Assembly (NCBI GenBank): GCA_040285825.1
Contig: JAUPSS010000006.1
Span: 372,001-436,000 of the forward strand
Source: Eukaryota sp. TZLM1-RC
Taxonomy: Eukaryota; Protista; Metamonada: BaSk clade
Direction: 5' to 3'
DNA length: 64,000 nucleotides
A program made the translations under genes and the position numbers. Positions 24,446 to 38,689 of the stretch are shown one piece after another (within the stretch, counting starts at the first letter, position 1; every line of letters begins with the position of its first letter). The notes under the pieces are model-generated. The model saw nothing but the letters and a program-made list of their open reading frames with translations, was not told the origin of the DNA and ran no database searches.

Positions 24446-24879
24446 TGTTGATGATGCCGACTTTCCTCTCTCCTCTCATTGAAAATTACTGAGTTATTTA
24501 CGTTTAAATTGGTGTGAAAAGATAAAAATACATTATATTCAAGAATATTAGTAGTTTATGAAGTGTTTGGTTGTAATGATATGAATAGAAATAGGTAATG
24601 TTTTGAGATTTACGCTTTTAACTATGTCTTTACTAGATACTTTTGTAGTAATTATTTCTTTTTCAGTATTGTGTTATAAATCAATATGGATATTTATTTA
24701 TGTTTCAACAGTCTGAGCAATTTTTATTTAATATGGGTAGAGCTAAATTAAACATTAACATCTGTCTCAACTAGTAAAAGTCTTGTAACAATAACAATAA
24801 AAGTTTTTGTCATGGTATTATTGTTTCAGTTTTGACCAAGAGATTAAAAGGTTGTCAAATTTTCAAAAATTTCCGTAAC
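24446..24879 (-). repeat. ~435-bp dispersed repeat, inverted relative to 46219-46656
   Basis: Reverse-complement match; partial relatives at ~17810-17990 and ~47140-47200. Confidence 0.9.
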
Positions 24880-26039
24880 ATAAAAAAATTAAGTTGTCCT
24901 GACTTAATACACATAAATACACATGTTCCGCCTCCGTTCTGGTACTGATACCAGCCTATCCTCTTAGAACTTTTCCACATCAGAACTGAACTCCTAAGAC
25001 AGAAATTACGATTCCAAAAAAAATGACCAGCAAATATCACAAAAGGAAGCAAATACTGATGGCAGAAGTGAAAAACTGATGGACATGGCAAAACAGTTGA
25101 ATATGAGGAAACACATTCTTTTTGTAAAAACCATCATTCTTCCAACATTCCAACATTCCAACATCCAATGTCATCATCTTCTGACGAACAATCCCCGGGA
25201 GATTCCTACACTCTTCAACCAGGGAAATTTGACCCTGCCAAACCCATTGACTTTTCCTTCTTCCAGTCCATGGTAGAGGAATATCTTCAGATATTCCAAA
25301 AGGAACAACCTCAACTATTTGACAGACTGGGTCCCCCTCCTACATTTGTTCCTCCTGCAGACTCAGACTCCAACATAGATTTAGCAGCAGATAGTGATGA
25401 AATGGATGGAGACGACCTAGACTTGGACAAATAAACAATGTATTATATGATTTTATACTACTAGGTAATTGCATTGTGTAAATCTACTTTACAGACTCAG
25501 AATGAAGTACTCGCTCAACAAAACGATATTCTTCAAAAACGTATTGCAGGACATCAACAGTGCGTTGAACAGAGTGTATTGTCTGATATTAACCGAAAGC
25601 TACAAGATATTTCAGCAGCCAACACTGAAACTCTACATATGCTACGTTCTTTTTCACTACCATGCAATTGTGTAAACATGTTGAGAATATTCAAAATAAT
25701 ATTAAATCACAATATTTTGCACATCATCTATGTATTTTATTGAAATTATTTTCCCATGTCTAATTAGACAATTATACTTTAAAATCCAATAGTCTAATTC
25801 CTTTTTGTCAATATGTCACAAATGTCTCCTTGTCACTAAGAATAAATCAAAAACATGTCTTGTGTGCATTAGTCTCACTGTGATCATGCAAGGCCGAGAA
25901 GTTCCAATCAGCAACATGGTATGTTGTTTTTTACAATAATCATAGAATAATCAATCACACAAGAAAGAACCAAGTTGTCCAGAACCAGCATATCTTGGAC
26001 CACGACCGATATGGGGTCAACATCGGAGATATGGTGAAC

Positions 26040-26665
26040 AACAGACAATGCATCAACGACCGAATACTCAGCCCATGCGTTCACAAACGCTAGATCAACA
26101 GCGTACAGTTGCTGAAGATATGGAATTTGTGCAGCTGCATTCAAGCACTGATGATTCAGAGGTAACAGATTTTGGTACAACTATTACTGCTCAATTATTT
26201 GAATTAATGGAAGCTGCTGTTCCCGAATATGGAATCCACTGTAATCAGTGGACGATTTTCAGAGAGTCTGTGGTTCAATCCCACAACAGTTCTCAATCTC
26301 CTCTCTCTGCTCCCAATACACCACTGGGGGATAGTGAACCACCTGTAGCTGTTTCTCCCTCTGGGGTTACCACTCCCTCTCCAAGTCAGTATGTTTTTTG
26401 ATTAGACTAATTTTACAGCAAAATCCAACATCAATAGAAAATTTAACCACAAAGTTAAAAAGCTCATGCTGGGAATGAAAGAAACAGGCCGTGAGCATGA
26501 AAGTTTCACTTTCATATTTCATCAACAAAAGGTCGAACTGATAACAACCATGCCGTTTGAAATGGTCGACAAGGACATCGACCAAGTGATGGATGGTCAA
26601 ATGACTGTGGTTGACTGTGGTTGACCTAAATGAGAGCATGTCTCGGAAGGTCAAACAATCCACTA
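26040..26665 (+). pseudogene. Family Y fragment (links the 2908 and 22930 pieces)
   Basis: Contains both VQLHSSTDDSEVT and the KFNHKVKKL...FEMVDK segment. Confidence 0.6.
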
Positions 26666-27629
26666 AACAATAATTAATTATACACCTACATCAATTATAC
26701 AATTATGCACCACCTACAATGTGTGACCTACACCTAGAAAGTTTTGGTGAAAATTTCAAATGGCCAAGTGGCTTTATCTAAATCTATTGAAAGATTAGAG
26801 TTGTTGGCCTTGTCACGGAATGTGAATATTCGCATTCAATTACTTAATTTGAAAGAATTGATTTATTATGGTGTCCCTACCAATATTACTACTCGAAATT
26901 TCCCAAAGTTGAAATTCATTAAATTGATTAAACTGATTGTCTCATTTCAGCACGTACAGGAAGGAACTCCATCACTTGGCTTCCTCTTTGCTTCATGTAC
27001 TAACCTATAAATCAATCAAACGTAGTAGAGATGACTTACCCATAATAGTCTTCAAAATTTATGATTCGTCTAAGGATGGTTCTTTGGAGACTATTAGAAT
27101 TAAGGGTGAAATCGATAAACAGGCTCAAAAGATGCGCATCGATAAAAAACACTTCCATCATCCCGGTTTTTGACAGTTTTCTCAAATTAAAAAAAGGTGA
27201 TATTCAATGTGGGTAATAAAATTACGTAAATGTCAAAAACAAAAAAAGAAATGCACAAAAGGAAAAAGCTTGGACTTTTTTCAAATTTTTGTATTACATA
27301 GCAAAAATTTCCACAAGACTACAAGAAAAAATTGACGGGGATACAGTGATCAATCATGACAAAAGACTGGTCTTAAATGCAAACCGAACAATCAAATAAT
27401 CGATGAGGTAACTATTCTATTTTTCGTCGCTCAGATGTTGGAATCTAATCCAAGCCGAAAATCTTCTTAATTCGCAGCTTAAGCACACAGATTTATTGGT
27501 GATGCTCCCCATAGGCGATGGATACAAGAAGAAGAAGAAGAGGGAGTATCTTTGCCTGCGAGGTACAGTCGAGTTTGATGATAACGTGACAAGAAACCCT
27601 CCAATTAATTCAGAAATAAAATGGTTATT

Positions 27630-27815
27630 AGTATTAGACCTACAAAGATCCAAAAACATGTAGACTATACAGACACATGTAAGCAGATCTTTCTTGACCG
27701 TAATCAACTTCAAACAGTTAAAAACTGAATGATTTGTGATTGTTCAATCGTTTATGTATTTATTAATAGAGACTCAAAATAAAGAGAATTACTCTCAATA
27801 TTTGGTAGAAACTCT
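27630..27815. repeat. Trailer repeat, copy 3
   Basis: Direct similarity to copies 1 and 2. Confidence 0.9.
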
Positions 27816-27829
27816 AAATTTCAAAAATT

Positions 27830-28870
27830 CAAAGTAATCATCTATGACAGTTGAATCACGAACAAGAACATTTTCTAAATCAATAAAAGAATCAGTAGCA
27901 ACAATAGATTGAGATTGACAACCAACAACAACTACATCATCAAAATCAACATTAGATAAACAACATTAGACAAGGGTAATAAGAGGTTAATCATTAGTAC
28001 ATTCACTAACAACTTTACCATTAGAATCACCTGGACCAAAAGTTTTGACATTAGTGAAATTAAAGGTTCAACAATCAGCATTGATAAACAATTATGGAGA
28101 ACAATATCACAATTGATATTCAATGAGCAGAAAGCAAAAAGATAAATTTAAAAAAAACATTGGAGATAAAATTTAGTAATACCCATCACATGTAAACTTC
28201 TTATTCAAAAAAAACAATTTTACCAAACTCTTGAAGACGGGGTAATTATAATATAGACTGAAAACCAAAAAACAGAATCCTGTCTTCCAATGATAAAAGG
28301 TAAAGGCTAACATGAAATCTTCCAATATCAATGTTCAATAAAAAAAGAAAATTATAAAGCATACAAAAAATATTCCGACATGTCTGCCGACCTAATGAAA
28401 TCACCACAATAAGTGGAATAGATCGGCCGACACATCTGTTCAGGTTCGAGTCCCAGGGTGTAACTTGTATTCCCAGGTTGATTTCTGATAGATGGGGATA
28501 TACCAAAATGACGCATCACTGAGATGACAAAAGACACGGAGAAGTACGCTATGAGAGAGAGAAGTGATGGTGGTGCCAAGAAAACAAAAGACGGAACAGA
28601 CGAAAGCAATGCCTATTTCGCCGATCTTCTAACCAAAAGGTGGATAAAGACGAAAAGATATGAGAGTAAGGAGCCAAAAAGAAACGAGCCAGATTCATGG
28701 AGAGAGATTAAAAGCAGAATCGGAAAAGTGCTGACACCGGAAAAGGATAGCGTTGACCAATTTGTGTCAACAAGGGGAAGGGTTAAGCATGTCGGGTCAA
28801 GGAAGCTTCAGTACCATAGGAAAAAGGGTTTGAGGAATGAAAATGAAAAATCATCCAAGATATTCCTGGG
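27830..28870 (-). pseudogene. Tandem C1 (28340-28870, B-box 28442-28454) and C2 (27830-28140) remnants
   Basis: HPGTRT*TDVSAD...RHVGIFFVCFIIFFFY; the C2 part matches 13135-13400. Confidence 0.55.
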
Positions 28871-28965
28871 TTGAATAACCCCCAAATTCACTTTTTACCC
28901 TACCTAATTCACCTGCCGATTCACCTTTGCTCTTTTCTCACTTTTCAACGTCTCTTGGGACATCA

Positions 28966-30065
28966 ATGGGCGCTACATTCGATCTGCTGCTGTCTGGAGT
29001 TGATATCAGGACATTGAAGTTACATGCATCCGAAGACACAAAAGTTCGAGCCATCTATACTCTAATATTTCTCCACAAAACTCAGTCAACCGTTGCAGAG
29101 TATTTCTGCGTCTCACAGTCTACCATCCACAGGTGGTTACACGAAATCTTTCCTGAACGTCGAAACTCCAGCCCAGCTGCAGCTTTGTTTCCTGATCCCA
29201 ACAGTTCTGCAAAACCTTCCCGTAAACTATCAACAGATGATGAGGTCACTTTCATCTTGCAGCTGATCACTGCACAGCCTTTGCTGTTTCTACGTGAAAT
29301 TAAGAAATTATGCAGAACTAACTTTGGAAAAACTGTCAGTGTTGCGACAATCCATCGGACACTTATTGAAAACAACTTTACAAAAAATGTGTACAACTCA
29401 CCAAAAGAGCCAAAGTACAATTGATCCGTGACTTGGTGAGAAGAATTGACCTCACCATTGGTATAGTTCTTCAGCAACAATTGCTCTTTGTCGACGAAGT
29501 TTCATTCCGATCGGAACATTTTACCCGAACATCAGCGTGGAGTCCAAAGGGACAGAACACTAGAGTTGAACGACCAATTTTTAAAGAAAAACATATAAGT
29601 CTTTGTGTTGCTATGGATCTGAATGGCGTAGTGTTGTATCACATACAAGAAGGACATTTCAATACCCGTCAATTTACTAGTTTTCTTGCAGACCTGTTTA
29701 GACACAGGGTACTGTCGACAATTGGTGGGGCAAATTCTGTTGTGGTACTGGACGGTTGTAACATACATAAGTCCAACAATATCTCTAAAGCATTCCGACT
29801 TTCAGGTGTTCGATATGTCATACTTCCGCCTTATTCGCCGGAATGTAATCCAATAGAAGCCTTTTTTGGTGTACGCAGAAAGGTGAGAGAGTTCTCTCTT
29901 TTTCATCTATCCACCTCCCAGTTGCAGTTACTACAGCTTGTTCTTCGCAATCATATGAATTTTGATTGCAGAGAAATTTTTGCCCACAGTAGTTGGAGAC
30001 ATTTTCGTACATACAAATCTCCTTATCTTCATGGGCCACAATCTGAACAGTGGCAAAGTTTTTAG
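28966..30065 (+). mobile_element. Near full-length IS630/Tc1-superfamily DD34E transposase with a frame break at ~29385
   Basis: Two HTHs, then LLFVDEVSF, VVLDGCNIHK, LPPYSPECNPIE (34 residues between the second D and E). No TIRs identified. Confidence 0.92.
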
Positions 30066-31449
30066 ATTAAATTAAAATCTTCTGGCCAAACCTGTTTTAA
30101 AGTAGTCTTTGATACTCCACTATAAGTTTTTTCCAATAATTTCATAAACCTTTTCTTTATTTACTTGATATCTTTCGATGAAGTGATTAATAGATGAAAT
30201 GTTACTTGGAATTGAATAAATGAATAAAAATGTCTGTTGAGGAATGGATTCAAATTCACTTTCAAATTCAGTACTATAATCATATTGGCTATCAAAAATA
30301 TTGCTTTCTGTAGTTGATTCAGGCTCCAATATTGTGGGTTGGATTTTATTCTTTAGTGGCTTTGTTAGTTGTAGTATTTGTAACTATGAATGTTTGTTGT
30401 GAATTGAACTTAAACTCTTTGTACATAATTTCTTAAATTAATCTAAAATTAAGGCTTAAATAATATTCATGTTGAAAAATTTTGAGGAGATATGGCAGAC
30501 GATCATGAGAAAAAGAATGAATTTCATCATTCACTTGGAATTTTATTGTTTTCCTATTGCTACTATATGTGTTCTCCATTCACGTGCAGTATGTGGTAGT
30601 TTTGTTTCTTTGTATGTGTTTGATCAATGAAAAGTATATTGTTTATTTATTTCCCTTTGTAGTGTGCAATATAGAAACAGGCAAACATTTTTTAGCAATT
30701 GTTTTAAACCATTTTAGACAATAAAGATAATAAAATATGAAACAGAACAATAACAAAAAATGGAAAGACTACATTATAAAATCAAAACTAATGCTTTTGT
30801 AAATCAGTTTTCCACTCTATGCAGCTTTTTAGGGGACATCTAGTAAATCAAAATAAGCCACAAGATTTACTCGTGTATCACCACTTCACAATACTGAGTA
30901 CATTACATTTCCAAAATTGCGGATTTTGATGTAGCTAATTTCTACATAATTCTTATATAGAACAGAAAAAATTAGTTTTTGTTTTAGCTTTTGACGTTAA
31001 ATTTTAGTACACAGTGATTTTGTTTTCATGATTTAATAAATAACTTAATTGATTTTCTATTGGACCAAAACAAAGAATATAGAATTCCTCCCAAATTCGA
31101 TCTATGAGGACGAACATGATAGTGATGAATTTATGGATTTATCCAAATGAACATGTACTTACAAAAACAGAAAGAAAATAATCCAGTTCACAAAAAAATT
31201 ATATATACAATACTATTAATTTTAACTGACAGTTGTTCAGAAAGCTATCTTTGAACTAGGCTTTAACTAGGAGGCTATTGCTTAATATGACATTCCAAAA
31301 CTTATATGGATTTTGAAAGGTCTTACTGCGGCAGCTAGGGAAGAAAGGCAGCGTTGGTGATTTTGTTATAAACAACTGTGGTTCTCACTTTGGTTGCATA
31401 TTGGTGAAATTTTTTCTTTCACCAACTCAATTAACTACCTTTGTCTTAT

Positions 31450-32506
31450 ATGGGTCTCAAATTTGACCTTCTGCTGCATGGTGTCGACATCAAACATCTT
31501 TGAAGACGCCGCACTGAAGACACAAAAGTCAGAGCTGTTTACACCCACTTGATCTTAGGTGAAACACAAACAGCTGTATCTCGCTTTTTTGGTGTTCACC
31601 AAACATCTGTAAGTAGATGGGTTCATCATTACTTTCAACTCCTTAATACTGAAACCAAACAAAGTTCAGACGTACCTAATCTTTATACAGGCAATCTCTC
31701 CAAGGAGGTCACTGTCTTTGTTCTGAAAACTCTCAATGAAGATCCTCTTCTATATTTACGAGAAATGACCACCTTAGTGTATCATTCATTTGGAGTCAAA
31801 GTCCCTCCTTCAACACTTCATCGCCTTCTGGTACATAATCGTGTGTCCAGAAAAAAGTAACCAGATTGATGAATAATGCACGCTACACCATGATTGTTGC
31901 CTTTGAAAATCGTCTAAGACGCACTCTTGGAATTGTTTATACATCTCAGCTTATCTTCATTGATGAATTGTCGTTTCGATCGTTCTTACGGGTATTCAAA
32001 GGTAAACACTCCTTGTGTCTCCCCTACCAAAGTGAAGACTCCTCCTCAAATTAGTTGTAGCTATTTGTCAAAATGGCTATTTGTTTCATCACACTAAGGA
32101 GGGACATTATCTATCTTATGATTATCTACAAGATCTGTTATCCTCTGGACTTTGCTTTACTTATGGTGGACCAAGATCAATAATCTTATTAGATGGATGT
32201 AAAATTCATATTTCACCCAATCTGGTTCAAGGGGTACGTAAAGCTGGCTTACGTTATTATATACTACCGGCCTACTGTCCCGAAAGCAATTCAATTGAGG
32301 CATGAAGTCATGAAGTGAAAAATTTTACACAAACAGTCTGTCGCGATGATCACAATTGGTCTTGTTTTGATATACTTCAGACAGTTTTACCACAGATGAA
32401 TGTAGATTGTCGCCAGTTGTTTACGCATGCTGGATGGAACAATGGCAGATTTTATGCTTCTCCTTATATTAACGGAGAACGTGAATATACTATCAGGGAG
32501 AACTGA
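31450..32506 (+). mobile_element. Degraded IS630/Tc1 DD34E transposase
   Basis: LIFIDELSF, ILLDGCKIH, ILPAYCPESNSIE across several frames. Confidence 0.9.
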
Positions 32507-34149
32507 AATGAGGGTCTTCTGCGTCCTTTACGCTTTTGAAATTAGCTTGTGATGCAGTACTTGATCTAGTTCTTCTGGGAGACTGGATAAAAGTGCCTTC
32601 AATAAAATAGTTTAAATCACGAAGGAACTCTGTTCTTAGTCCACTGATTGATCTTTGTTAAGCAGCATCCATTTCGATCATTCAAGTGGATACATAATGG
32701 GTGATACAATCAGCAATAGTATGTCGATCTTCTGTGCAAACGGACGAAGACTCGTATGTATCTTAGTACATTATACACGTCAACTGTTGTATATCAATTT
32801 TTGCCTCATTTAATTTGTTATCTTTGATGTTGTTATAAGGTTTATAGATTTTGTTTGAAGTGAAAATACGTATGTGTATTTTCAATCATCAACATAGTCT
32901 TGCACAGTGATATGACGACGATTGCTACGACGACGCGGGTTGTCACTAGCAGACTGTTTGGAGGTGTTTTGGCAAGAAATGGTTGTTTTTTCTGATGTCC
33001 ACGTGGATATTGAGGACCTTCCTTCTATCCCTTTTTAGTACACATCAGTTGATTTCAGAGGGTTTTTTGTTTTGTAATAAACTTGGTTTACATTCTGTTT
33101 TTTATTGATAGCAAACATCAAATGCTATGGTGAGAATTACGATGTTTTAGTTTTGATTTAAAACAAATCTGTCATATATGACAGGTTTGACAGGTTTGAT
33201 TCAAGTGAAGTGTTAGAAAGATTACCTAGATGATTCATACAGCATTTTTAGGCACTTTGATACATTTAGGTCAATTGTGGAGTCTGAAAAAGGAGATAAG
33301 AAAATCAAACTATAAAAACTACAAAACGAATTTAAACTAAAGATCACGTGATTGGAAACGTGATACTTTCCGAAATGGTTTAGCCTTAGCTAACAGCAGA
33401 CTGTTTGGAGGTGTTTTTGGTGTAGATGGACATGGTGGATGGGTTTAAATTTACTTTTGTTGCAATGATGTCGTATAAAACACCTTTTAAAACAATGCTG
33501 TTACCCGCAACATCTTATAAATTTTCGAAATGTTGTATACAACATCATTTCACATTTGATTAATTTTCGAAAAAATGAGATTATATCAATTTTCAAATCA
33601 TTACACATATGATAGATTGAGCCCTTCTGGAAACATTGAATTTACTTTATAATAAGAATAAAACACTATTAAAACAATTATTTATTAAAAACAGAAAAAA
33701 AACTATCAATTACTTCAGCATCGATATTAGCAACTAAACCAAACTAAAACTTGCATCATGATAAACCCACAACGTCCTGACGAGCATGGTAGTGTACATA
33801 TGGTAGAAAAGTATGGTAGTGTCTAACTTATTGAAAACAACGTACACATACGTTCATTGCAATACTTTCTCAAAACATTTTGAAAACATGTTTGTTGTAG
33901 AGTATAAATGTCATTGATGCAATAGTATATGATAAATTCACTGGTTTATTACAATAACATACAAGCAATCATATCCAACATCATAAAAATAAACAAAAAT
34001 TAGTTAGCTTATAACCAAAACAAACAATATACCAAAAAAACACCAGTCCAACTCAACTCAAATCAACTCAATCGAAAAGTTGGACTCAAACCCACAAGCT
34101 GAAATACCCCAGTATAGAGCTATGAAAGGGGCTTTTGTACCACTTCATT

Positions 34150-34900
34150 TGAGTACAGAATCAGTTGCCAAATATAAAGATAGTAAAGTTGGATTTATGA
34201 CGGTTAATGAATTTATGGAATTGATTGGAGAAGATAATTTGAATGAAGCCGAATACAAATCTGTTTTATGTAATTGATATAAGAAAATTTAGAACGACAA
34301 CGAAGTTCTCTCCAGAACGACAATGGAGTTCTCTTAAAAAATGCTCAATGATGTTGAAACAAATCAACGGAGGGCAATTATTTTTTGTTAAAAATTTGAG
34401 AAGATTGATAATCTTTAGAAAAATGATTAATTATTCTAAAATAATGCTAGGTTTTCTATTTCGCTGTTGTGTTGCTAGTACTGTCGAGGAAGAAGAAGAG
34501 GACAGTTGCGAGGAGTATGCCTTTTACTATTCATATCCCGAACCTTTTATCTACATTGCAAAGGAGCCGCTACCTAACGAACTGTCTGAACTCGAGCTGA
34601 GGTCTTTGAAGGTAGCTTTGGAGTGGAAGAGAGTGAAACCATAGTATTCCCGATGAAGTTTTTGTGAAAATAAAAATGGAGGAATTTTTTTTGAGAAAAT
34701 TGATAATCTCTAGAAAAAGGAATGATTAATCTAAAATAATGCTAGGTTTTCAATTTTGTTGTTGTCAAGACGTGGGGTTGGATATAGAGGCATCCAATGA
34801 CAAGGAACTCCAACAACATATTGAAATGTTGGAGGCACTCTATTGGGCTACTAGGAAGAGCAGTTGTTGAAGGAAGTATACATTGATGTTGAACATCAAT
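34150..34900 (+). repeat. Block of small ORFs duplicated (diverged) at 37340-38000; virus-like organisation
   Basis: KYKDSKVGFMTVNEFMELIGED vs KYKDREVGFITMNEFMYLIGED; paired MLGF(L/Q)F.C ORFs share upstream motifs. Confidence 0.75.
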
Positions 34901-35359
34901 GGACACCTAGCCGAAGAACGAAGCCCTTTCAGAGTGGAATTGGGCTTCTCGGATGAAGCCAATGCCGAACGAGGACTCATGGGACCCCATGTCCATGAGG
35001 ATCTTATGTCAAGGCAAGCCACCTTTGACGACGCTGAAGACAACATGGACCGAACGATAATTAAATGTAATTAATTAATAAAGATGTTTTTGGTCATGGA
35101 CACCACATCACAAATTCAGAATGAAAAACTGAAGTTTTTGAATTGAGTTTGTCTTTTCAGATAAACAATGTCAATTTTTTTCTAAACTTTTTTATTTATT
35201 TAGCTAATAAAAAATCAAAATTCATGAAATACACAACTAAAGTTCAACATCCTCAAAGTCTGCATTTTCTGCATTAAGACAATTAATTACTAAAGATGCA
35301 GAAAATTTTCCAAAAGAAGGGAGTGAATTCCTGGACTAGATAACAAGCCCTAGATACCT

Positions 35360-35600
35360 CTCAATGGGGACCATATCGTCGTAACCGCTCTCGTATGTTT
35401 ACTGATGAACAGACTAATGCATTATTACGATTGTTAGACGATAACCCGCAACTTTACTTATACCAACTTAGTCAGCAAGCTGAACAACTATTTGGCCAGA
35501 CATCATCTATCTCCACAATATACAGAGTGTTAGTTGATGCTGGTTATATTCATAAAGTTGCAAATAAGGTCGTTCATAAATGCAAAGAGCATAATTTGCT
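35360..35600 (+). mobile_element. IS630/Tc1 transposase second-HTH fragment
   Basis: LLDDNPQLYLYQL...SISTIYRVL matches the HTH2 of the other copies. Confidence 0.75.
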
Positions 35601-36199
35601 TTGACCCAAGAAGGTCAAATTTTCACATTGGACCGTGATAAATCTTTTGAATCACTCACAGAATTAAAAAATATTGTTTTCATTTCAATAAAACGTGACC
35701 AATTTGTGGCAATTGACGAAAATCGTGATTTCTTTCTTGTAGCGTTTATTATTATGAAGGGTTTTCTTTCAGCAAGATACAAGTTACCAAGTACATTTGT
35801 CCCAAATAGCCATCACAGGATTCTATCATTCAATGCTTTTTTAAAATATATGTTTGTATTGAAATAAAATTCTGTCTAATATTCAATTTCCTTCCAAGAA
35901 GCATCACTATTACTAAACCTACTCACAGCATTTCGTTCATATTCTACACCAATAGCCAAAAGAGCTTTAGAAATCATTGTTGAAATGGACTTGAAGATGC
36001 AAAAAACAATTCTATTTAACCAGAAAGGGGAATTCATTTTTTACGAGATCTATTTTGTAAACCCTTTTGGAAGTTTTCAAAAAAATGTAATTTTGAAGGT
36101 CCAATGTTTCCAAAAACAGAAATGGCAAACGAGACAAACTGATATTTCACATGTTCGACTCTACCAAATTGTGCCAATGGTTTTTCATATTTCTTTATT

Positions 36200-36332
36200 T
36201 TCTATTTTTCGGCGTTAAATAGTGGCGAATCAGCGGATGATGTCCAAGCTGTACAATGATTTCAGAAGCAAGGTTCACGATGGGATTAGATGGAAGTTTC
36301 ATTTTATTGGATGTAATGTCTGTTGATCCTTG
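36200..36332 (+). mobile_element. Non-LTR RLE fragment
   Basis: GLDGSFILLDVMSVDPC vs GLNGSFTILDAMSIDPC in 44379..45287. Confidence 0.75.
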
Positions 36333-36351
36333 TCAACCACCTGCAACACCT

Positions 36352-36960
36352 ATGCACCTCCATTTCAATCTTCTTCTGCTTGGTGTTGATGTTAAAAAGC
36401 TTAAATCTCATGTTTCAGAAGATACTGTCACACGTGCTGTGTACACTTATCTGTTTTTGAATGAGTCGCAAAAAGCTGTGGCTAAGTTTTTCCTTGTCCA
36501 TCAATCCACTGTTAGTCGGTGGGTCAAGCAGTACTTCGCTGGACTGGACCCTCTTGTAAATTCGCCAGAAACATCCAACACCACCACGCCACGGTCTAAT
36601 GCAACTCCCTTACACATCCAACAATATATTCGTGATTTGGTGAAAGAAGACCCTCTTACTTTTCTTCGAGAAGTGACTTATCTTGTACAAATATACCATG
36701 ATTTTTCGATATCTGTTAGTACAGTGCACCGAATTCTGATTAAGCATGGATTCACTTGTAAAAAAGTGACAACCATTATGCGAAGAGCCAAGGTGACACT
36801 AATTCGCCGCTTCGAATGGAAACTGGCGTCATCTGTTGGTATTCTTTATCATAGACAACTTCTCTTCGTTGATGAACTCTCCTTCAGACCGGAACATTTC
36901 AACAGACAGTTTGGATATTCCTTATCGGGACAACCAATTGCGTCTGATCCAAAGACCTCC
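36352..36960 (+). mobile_element. IS630/Tc1 transposase N-terminal half (to the first catalytic D)
   Basis: HVSEDTVTRAVY...STVSRW...LLFVDELSF, then truncated. Confidence 0.9.
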
Positions 36961-38304
36961 AGGTTAATAGTGAATAATGGACAAGTTTTTTCTTATTCTT
37001 GGACAATTTCACCCTACATGTAGACAACACTGTACAATTATTAACCACAACTTCTACATTAAGGATATTCGTATTCTACAACGATCCGAAAAAGGGATTG
37101 TGTTGGACAACAACTCTTTACTACCACGTGATTATGCTCTTGACATTTCCATTCCGATCAAAACTTGGTATGATGATCAACCAATGATTGATTATTACTT
37201 TGAGATTAAAAATAGTGGAGACCTTGATAGTGAAAAATCACCAGTAACCATTAATAAAGTTAAAAGAGTAATAGAAGAGACAGGGGCAAAAGGTCATATT
37301 TTATCAGCTGGTTGTTTGAATAGAGAAGATGTTTCTAGTGAAATTAAAGCCAAGTATAAAGATAGAGAAGTGGGATTTATCACTATGAATGAATTTATGT
37401 ATTTGATTGGAGAAGATAAATTGAATGAAGACGAATTCAAATCTATTCTATGTAATTTATATATACAAATTTAATGAAAAACACCCGATGATGTTGAAAA
37501 AAATATGAAAAAAATCAACGGAGGGCAATTATTTTTTCCTGAAAATGGAAAAGAAAATGGAATGATTATTCTAAAATAATGCTAGGTTTTTTGTTTCGCT
37601 GTTGTGTTTGTGGTACTATCGAAGAAGAGGAAGATAGTAGCGAAGAAGATGATTACGTATTTTTCTATTCATATCCAGAGCCTTTTTTTTAAATTGCCAA
37701 GGAGCCACTGCCAAATGAACTGAGCGAACTTGAGCTGAAATCGCTAAAGGTGACCTTAGAATGGAAGAAGAGAAAATTTTAGTATTCGCGAGGAAGTTTT
37801 TGTGAAAATAAAAATGGAGGAATTTATTTTTTGAGAGAATTGATAATCTCTAGAAAATTGAGTTAAAATTCTAAAATAATGTTAGGTTTTTTGTTTCGTT
37901 GTTTTTGTTGCCACCACAACGAGGGGTTTGATATAGAGGCATCCAATGACAAGGAACTCCAACAACATATTGAAATGTTGGATGCACTATATTGGGAGAC
38001 GAGGCGAACGTAATATTCCCGAAGGTTGTTGAATAAACTGAAGGATAAAACATTACTAGAAAAATGATTTCTTTTCCTATAAAAATAACTATGAGAACAC
38101 CTCAACATAATAGGAGAAATATTAATAAATTTTATACTAAAAGTGATTTGCACAGATTAGGATTTATTAAATCTAGATTTGCCCCTACAAAATTTGCAGG
38201 ATATAGATATATTAAATTTTATGGAGACATAAATGAGCACGTCGATTGTGAAGATGTTATCGATTATTCCATAAATGTTACTCAATGTTAGTATTTGAAG
38301 AAAA

Positions 38305-38565
38305 TAAATATGAATTAATTTTGTTGAGGTAAAAAAAGAAACCCTCAAATAAATTCATTAAATAAAATTGTTGTAAGTATAAAAACCTACAAAGATCCAA
38401 AAACATGTAGACTATACAGACACATGTAATCAGATGTTTCTTGACCGTAGTCAACTTCAAACAGTTAAAAACTGAATGATTGATGATAAGTCAGTCGTTT
38501 ATGTATTTATTAGTAGAGACTCAAACTAAAGAGAATTACTCTCAATGTTTGATAGAGACTCTAAA
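38305..38565. repeat. Trailer repeat, copy 4
   Basis: Direct similarity to 12675-12930. Confidence 0.9.
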
Positions 38566-38689
38566 TTTAAGAATACCCCTGATATTTATTAGTTGTTTTT
38601 TTGAAAATAAAACATTATTGTTTAATATTGATTTATATAGAAAAATGAATAGAGAAATCAAAATATATTGAATATAAATAAAAAGGTGC

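Noticed and set aside
28900-33000. Fanzor/TnpB next to the IS630-like transposases
   Set aside because: No RuvC motifs or the associated Zn finger were recognised in the flanks by eye.
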